Source of the DNA: Calditrichales bacterium
GTDB taxonomy: Bacteria; Calditrichota; Calditrichia; Calditrichales; J004
NCBI GenBank assembly: GCA_965267575.1
Contig: OZ254086.1
Location: 2,304,001 to 2,368,000, forward strand
Length of the DNA: 64,000 nucleotides
Reading direction: 5' to 3'
The translations under genes were made by a program, and so were the position numbers. Below, in pieces: positions 58,987 through 64,000 of the stretch (position 1 is its first letter; every line of letters begins with the position of its first letter). The notes under the pieces are model-generated. The model was not told the DNA's origin and did no database searches. It saw only the letters and a list, made by a program, of their open reading frames with translations.

Positions 58987-60060
58987 ATGTGGCGGATTGC
59001 TTTTATCGTTTTGATTGCTTTTTTCTTACTCACCTGCGCCTCCACGCAAAGAGATACCATTCAAGGAATGGCAAATGATGTTGAGGCTTCGTACGAGCGG
59101 GGCCGGACGTTTATGCGTATTAATGATTGGGCCGGTGCCGCGGAGACTTTACGCCAAACGCTTCAGAGCGCGCCTAACTATGTGCCGGCATTATGCGCGC
59201 TGGGTGAATGCATGTTAAACCTGAAACAGGTGGGCCGGGCCGACAGCCTGTTCAGAAAAGCAGATACCATTTCACCTGACTACTTGCCCGCTGCCACAGG
59301 GCTCGCGCGTGTCTCACTGTACCGAGAAGATTATGCTGCGGCCGAAACGATGCTACGTTCTGCAATAAAGGAAAAAAAGGGAAGTACCGAGCAACAAACG
59401 GAAGCGCTTTTCTGGCTTGGAAAAAGCATGGCCGCGCAGGGAAAGAAAGACGCTGCTGCAGGAATATTGCGGTCGGTCCTGGAACGTGATCCCGGTTTTG
59501 TAAAAGCGCAGCTGGCTCTCGATGATTTGAATAACGGCAGCCAGGCAACGGACGATCTGACCACAGAGCTAGTTTCAAAAAAATATGTAAACAGACGCGA
59601 TATCGCCCGGCTCATTTCCCGTTTCTCTGCCGACGACACCCATTTTCGGAATCTGAATGTTAGTATGCCGCGGGACATCAGGCAGGATGATGAGGCGTTT
59701 GATGCAATTGCATTTGTAATAACAAAAGGCTATTTACCGGTTTTGCCGGACCAGACCTTTAAACCGGATTTCGTGATCGATCGCGGGGCGATGGCTGCGT
59801 TGTTGCAAAATATTCTCGCCAAGCGACTCAACGAACCGGCCCTTGTAACAAAGTACTTTGATATGCCCGCACCGTACAGGGATGTTGAAAACGTACCCCT
59901 GCTGATAAATCCGCTGATAGTAGTCACCGGCTACGGCCTGATGTCGGGCTGGCCCGATGGCACATTCCGGCCGCGGGAACCCGTAAGCGGTGAAGAGGCG
60001 TTCGATATAATCCGGCGCTTGTTTGAAATTGAACCAAAACAAATGGAGGCCACACAATGA
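58987..60060 (+). CDS. TPR plus S-layer homology (SLH) domain lipoprotein
   Basis: Lipobox-like FLLTC; TPR helices; SLH-like TFKPDFVIDR and GWPDGTFRPREPVS. Confidence 0.78.
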   Translation: MWRIAFIVLIAFFLLTCASTQRDTIQGMANDVEASYERGRTFMRINDWAGAAETLRQTLQSAPNYVPALCALGECMLNLKQVGRADSLFRKADTISPDYLPAATGLARVSLYREDYAAAETMLRSAIKEKKGSTEQQTEALFWLGKSMAAQGKKDAAAGILRSVLERDPGFVKAQLALDDLNNGSQATDDLTTELVSKKYVNRRDIARLISRFSADDTHFRNLNVSMPRDIRQDDEAFDAIAFVITKGYLPVLPDQTFKPDFVIDRGAMAALLQNILAKRLNEPALVTKYFDMPAPYRDVENVPLLINPLIVVTGYGLMSGWPDGTFRPREPVSGEEAFDIIRRLFEIEPKQMEATQ

Positions 60061-60674
60061 AAAGGTTTCTCTTCACCACAGCATTGATCTGCGTACTGGG
60101 CGGTTCGGTAATCGCACAGCCGGCGAAAATCACTTTTCCTCTTGGTGACGTAAAAGTGCAATCCGCTGACGGGGGTAAAGCTGAAAAGGCCGGGTTCAAC
60201 CAGGAAGTGGCGCAGGGTGAAGCGGTGATCACCGGTGGAGGCGCACGGGCGGAAGTCGTGTTTCAGGATAAGCTTGTTGCGCGAATGGATGGCAACAGCC
60301 GCCTTAAGCTAACAAACATTTCTCAGCCTCAAAAGGTGCTGGAGCAGGACAAAGGAAGCGCCTGGATTAATTCAAACGAAAGTGACGCACGTTGCCGTGT
60401 AACGGGGCCGCATGCAGACATAAGCCTTCAAAAAGCTACGGTACAGATACAGGCCAATGAAGGCGGCACAACCACAGTGTGGGTCTATTCCGGCACTGCC
60501 ACGGTAAAGCCCGCGGCAAACGCGCAGGTCAAAGAGTGGACAGAAGTTGTTGCCTCACAGCAGCGTATTGTCATCAATAAAGACGGTAGTTATCAAAAAA
60601 GCGATTTCAATCCGGATGATGAAAAAAGCAGTTGGCTGAAGTGGAACAGGGAACGGGACAAGATGAACGATTAA
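60057..60674 (+). CDS. Secreted FecR-domain protein
   Basis: Signal peptide; GEAVITG..ARAEVVF.D....RMDGNSRL and VYSGTATV. Confidence 0.72.
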   Translation: MKRFLFTTALICVLGGSVIAQPAKITFPLGDVKVQSADGGKAEKAGFNQEVAQGEAVITGGGARAEVVFQDKLVARMDGNSRLKLTNISQPQKVLEQDKGSAWINSNESDARCRVTGPHADISLQKATVQIQANEGGTTTVWVYSGTATVKPAANAQVKEWTEVVASQQRIVINKDGSYQKSDFNPDDEKSSWLKWNRERDKMND

Positions 60675-61795
60675 TACGTTCGTCCTTTCCAGCGGACTTT
60701 TTTGGGGAAAGGCAGAAGCAGCAGAAGCACGATACTGTAAAGCATATAAAAAATCCAATAGAGCAAAAAATTGATAAAGCCGCTTTTGGGCAGGTTAAGC
60801 AGTTTTATATAGCGGCTGAAAATCAGATAATCCAGTCCAAGAATGAGGCCAATGGCCGCTGCGGCTGCCTGAGACCATTCACCGAGAACAAACAAGGACG
60901 GCACCAGCAGGTGCACAAGGATGTTGCCGCCTACCAGCACCAAAGCGAAAGGCCGCCCTTTCATCCCGCCCTTTGTCCAGCGCAAACGCTGCCGGACAAA
61001 GCTAAGCCAGCCGGACATTTCCAAGGAAAAAACCTGGCCTTCATGATCACAGATATATTTTACTTCGCCGACGCGGTTATCTATTATGGCCTGCATTAAA
61101 GCGTGGTCTTCGGTTAAGGAAAACCCGATCTGTTTATACCCGCCCAGTTCTTCATATGTGCTTTTGCGAAAGGCCAGATTGTTGCCAACGACGGTGACTG
61201 TTTTCCCGGCATTGGATGCACTGACGGCAAGGCCCTGCAGATAAACCCAGTCCCAGGCTTGTAGCTTTGCGAATAGTTCTTTGTTCTCTCCCTCTTTTAA
61301 TGCCTCAAGAACCGTGCTGCCGCAAACCATGGCCGTATCTTCGTCAAAATAGCCGAGCAGAGTACGCAGCCAGTCATGATGCGGTCGGCAGTCGGCGTCC
61401 GTTATAAAGATGAATTCGCCTGTGGCCATCTCCATACCCTGGGCAAGTACATTCATTTTGGCCTTAAGGTTATGGCAGTCTTCGGTGATATCATGCAATG
61501 CCATATGCTCTTCATTTGCGATAGCTTCAGCCACGATGACGCGCGAAATATCTTCGGAGCGATCGTTTAGCCACAGCACCTGCAGACGATCTACCGGGTA
61601 GTTGAGTTTTTTAACGGCTTCAACGCAGGGTGCGATTACTGCCTGTTCATTGCGGAAAGGAATAATAAGCGTGACGGCAGGCAGCGTTTGCGGTGTGTGT
61701 TTCTGCGGGTGTGGACGGCGTAACAAAGCCAGCATAAAGAACAGCCAGGCCAGCGCCAGCCCCAACGCGATTTGTGTCAGTTCAACCGGCGTCAT
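60671..61795 (-). CDS. Family 2 glycosyltransferase, membrane-bound
   Basis: IIPFRNE, NDRSED, TDAD, TED, QRLRW and C-terminal WKGR. Confidence 0.88.
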   Translation of the reverse strand: MTPVELTQIALGLALAWLFFMLALLRRPHPQKHTPQTLPAVTLIIPFRNEQAVIAPCVEAVKKLNYPVDRLQVLWLNDRSEDISRVIVAEAIANEEHMALHDITEDCHNLKAKMNVLAQGMEMATGEFIFITDADCRPHHDWLRTLLGYFDEDTAMVCGSTVLEALKEGENKELFAKLQAWDWVYLQGLAVSASNAGKTVTVVGNNLAFRKSTYEELGGYKQIGFSLTEDHALMQAIIDNRVGEVKYICDHEGQVFSLEMSGWLSFVRQRLRWTKGGMKGRPFALVLVGGNILVHLLVPSLFVLGEWSQAAAAAIGLILGLDYLIFSRYIKLLNLPKSGFINFLLYWIFYMLYSIVLLLLLPFPKKVRWKGRTY

Positions 61796-62961
61796 GACGC
61801 GTAGTCCCGGCTGGTAACGTTCTCATCGACTACACCTTTTTCAACGCGACCCTCGGCCCAGCGAAAAAGCTTGAGCTGCCCGGCAATACCAAAAAAGAGT
61901 ACATAGGGCACATGCAGGATGGCAGTGAGCGGATAGTAACGCAACAGACGCTTTTCTCCTATACGTTGAGCGGCCTGCTGCAGAAAAACAACTTCGGCCA
62001 GGCCTTTAATGGTCAGCGCCAGCAGACCGGCCCAGCCCAGATCGTTTTGGCCCCAAAGGAAAGCGAAGGGAGAGACAAACAGCAGCATATTGAACAGAAC
62101 ATAAAACGTCAGTACTACGGTTACTTTAAAAGGATAATCAAAGCCCTTGCTGGCGTAACGCAGGCGCTGATGCACAAACTGCTTAAGGCTGCGCGGCGGG
62201 TGATTATACACATGGCTGTCGGGGTCGGTGGCGTAGCTGATGGTGTAACCGCCGGCTTCACGCACGCGGGTCAGAAAAAGGTCATCATCGCCGGAGACAA
62301 AAGCCCTGTACTCACCAAAACCGTCGATTTCCTCAAAGACGCTGCGGCGATAAGCCATGTTTGTGCCTACGCAGGTGAGCGGGTAATCCCAACCGCAACT
62401 GGCCGCGGCCACGGCGGCATGGGAGAAATATTCCAGCGCCAGCATGCCTTGTATAAAACGTCCCGATTGGGCCATGGTGTAGGGGGCATAACCCAGCACC
62501 ATATCCGCGCCAAGATCAAAAAAGCGCAACATGGAGGCTATCCAGCGCGGACCGGGGCGACCGTCGGCATCCGTAAGCAGAATAACATCGCCATGTGCTA
62601 TTTTGATGGCTTTCTCAATGGCGTATTTTTTGGGGCCATAGCCATCGGCACGTTCGTTGATATGCAATGCTTTAAAGCGCGGATCGTTTTTTGCATGGCG
62701 GTCTATCATAGAGGCACTACCGTCATCGGAGCGATCGTTTACGATGATGAACTCGGCCGATATCCCGCTTGGAATGTGTTGCGCCTCGAGGTGTTTAAAA
62801 AGCTGTGGCAGGTTATGTGCTTCGTTGCGGGCGCAAACGATCACGCTTAATGATTTGGGAGGCGGTGATGCGCCGGCCTGCGGCAAGAGGTCCAGCGAGC
62901 GCCGCAGAAACAACAGCAAACCGGCGTAAACAATCGTAAAAAAGAGAACCGTAAAAACCAT
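61792..62961 (-). CDS. Family 2 glycosyltransferase, membrane-bound
   Basis: VCARNE, NDRSDD, TDAD, SGDDD and QRLRY; ATG 62961 chosen. Confidence 0.88.
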   Translation of the reverse strand: MVFTVLFFTIVYAGLLLFLRRSLDLLPQAGASPPPKSLSVIVCARNEAHNLPQLFKHLEAQHIPSGISAEFIIVNDRSDDGSASMIDRHAKNDPRFKALHINERADGYGPKKYAIEKAIKIAHGDVILLTDADGRPGPRWIASMLRFFDLGADMVLGYAPYTMAQSGRFIQGMLALEYFSHAAVAAASCGWDYPLTCVGTNMAYRRSVFEEIDGFGEYRAFVSGDDDLFLTRVREAGGYTISYATDPDSHVYNHPPRSLKQFVHQRLRYASKGFDYPFKVTVVLTFYVLFNMLLFVSPFAFLWGQNDLGWAGLLALTIKGLAEVVFLQQAAQRIGEKRLLRYYPLTAILHVPYVLFFGIAGQLKLFRWAEGRVEKGVVDENVTSRDYAS

Positions 62962-63030
62962 ACCGCCCTTGATTTTGGTGCATCGGGTTAATCGTGCTAA
63001 CTTAGTGTTTGACCCATTTTTATTCAAACT

Positions 63031-64000
<970 letters not shown>

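Overview
Bacterial chromosomal window of mostly core and envelope genes. I see no prophage, integrase, transposase or CRISPR array. The gene repertoire (SprA, PorV-family barrels, a FlgD-type C-terminal domain, LptFG, MglAB) suggests a diderm FCB-related lineage such as Calditrichota/KSB1; this is inference only. In order, the window holds: a 5'-truncated creatininase-family fusion and a dipeptide epimerase; a lipoprotein GH13, HIT-like phosphorylase, GDPD, AMP nucleosidase and DoxX; an lptF-lptG-DUF5916-lhr operon divergent from a type IX secretion-like locus (sprA, glutaminyl-cyclase-like M28 lipoprotein, prmA, ppx, repeat lipoprotein, Asp-box propeller with CTD, two PorV-family genes); tRNA-Gln-rplY-pth-hppA-rpsF-rpsR-rplI and priA; an 8-gene small-GTPase signalling operon (PAS kinase, receiver, PATAN-roadblock, roadblock, wHTH protein, output-less HAMP receptor, MglB, MglA); MFS, peptidase, pyruvoyl arginine decarboxylase, agmatinase, GH57 and S41 protease; exbB-exbD-exbD-tonB; lipid kinase, dGTPase, M20 hydrolase and tRNA-Gly; an LPP20-like/TPR-SLH/FecR envelope trio; two GT2 genes; and a frameshifted YyaL-family gene. 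Several intergenic regions carry dRS3/REP-like palindromes and degenerate 6-9-bp periodic repeats. The best candidates for an undescribed system are the receptor-kinase-multi-roadblock-MglAB operon and the T9SS-like locus, which has no motor genes in this window and is coupled to a glutaminyl-cyclase-like gene. All family calls come from motif recognition by eye, with no database searches.
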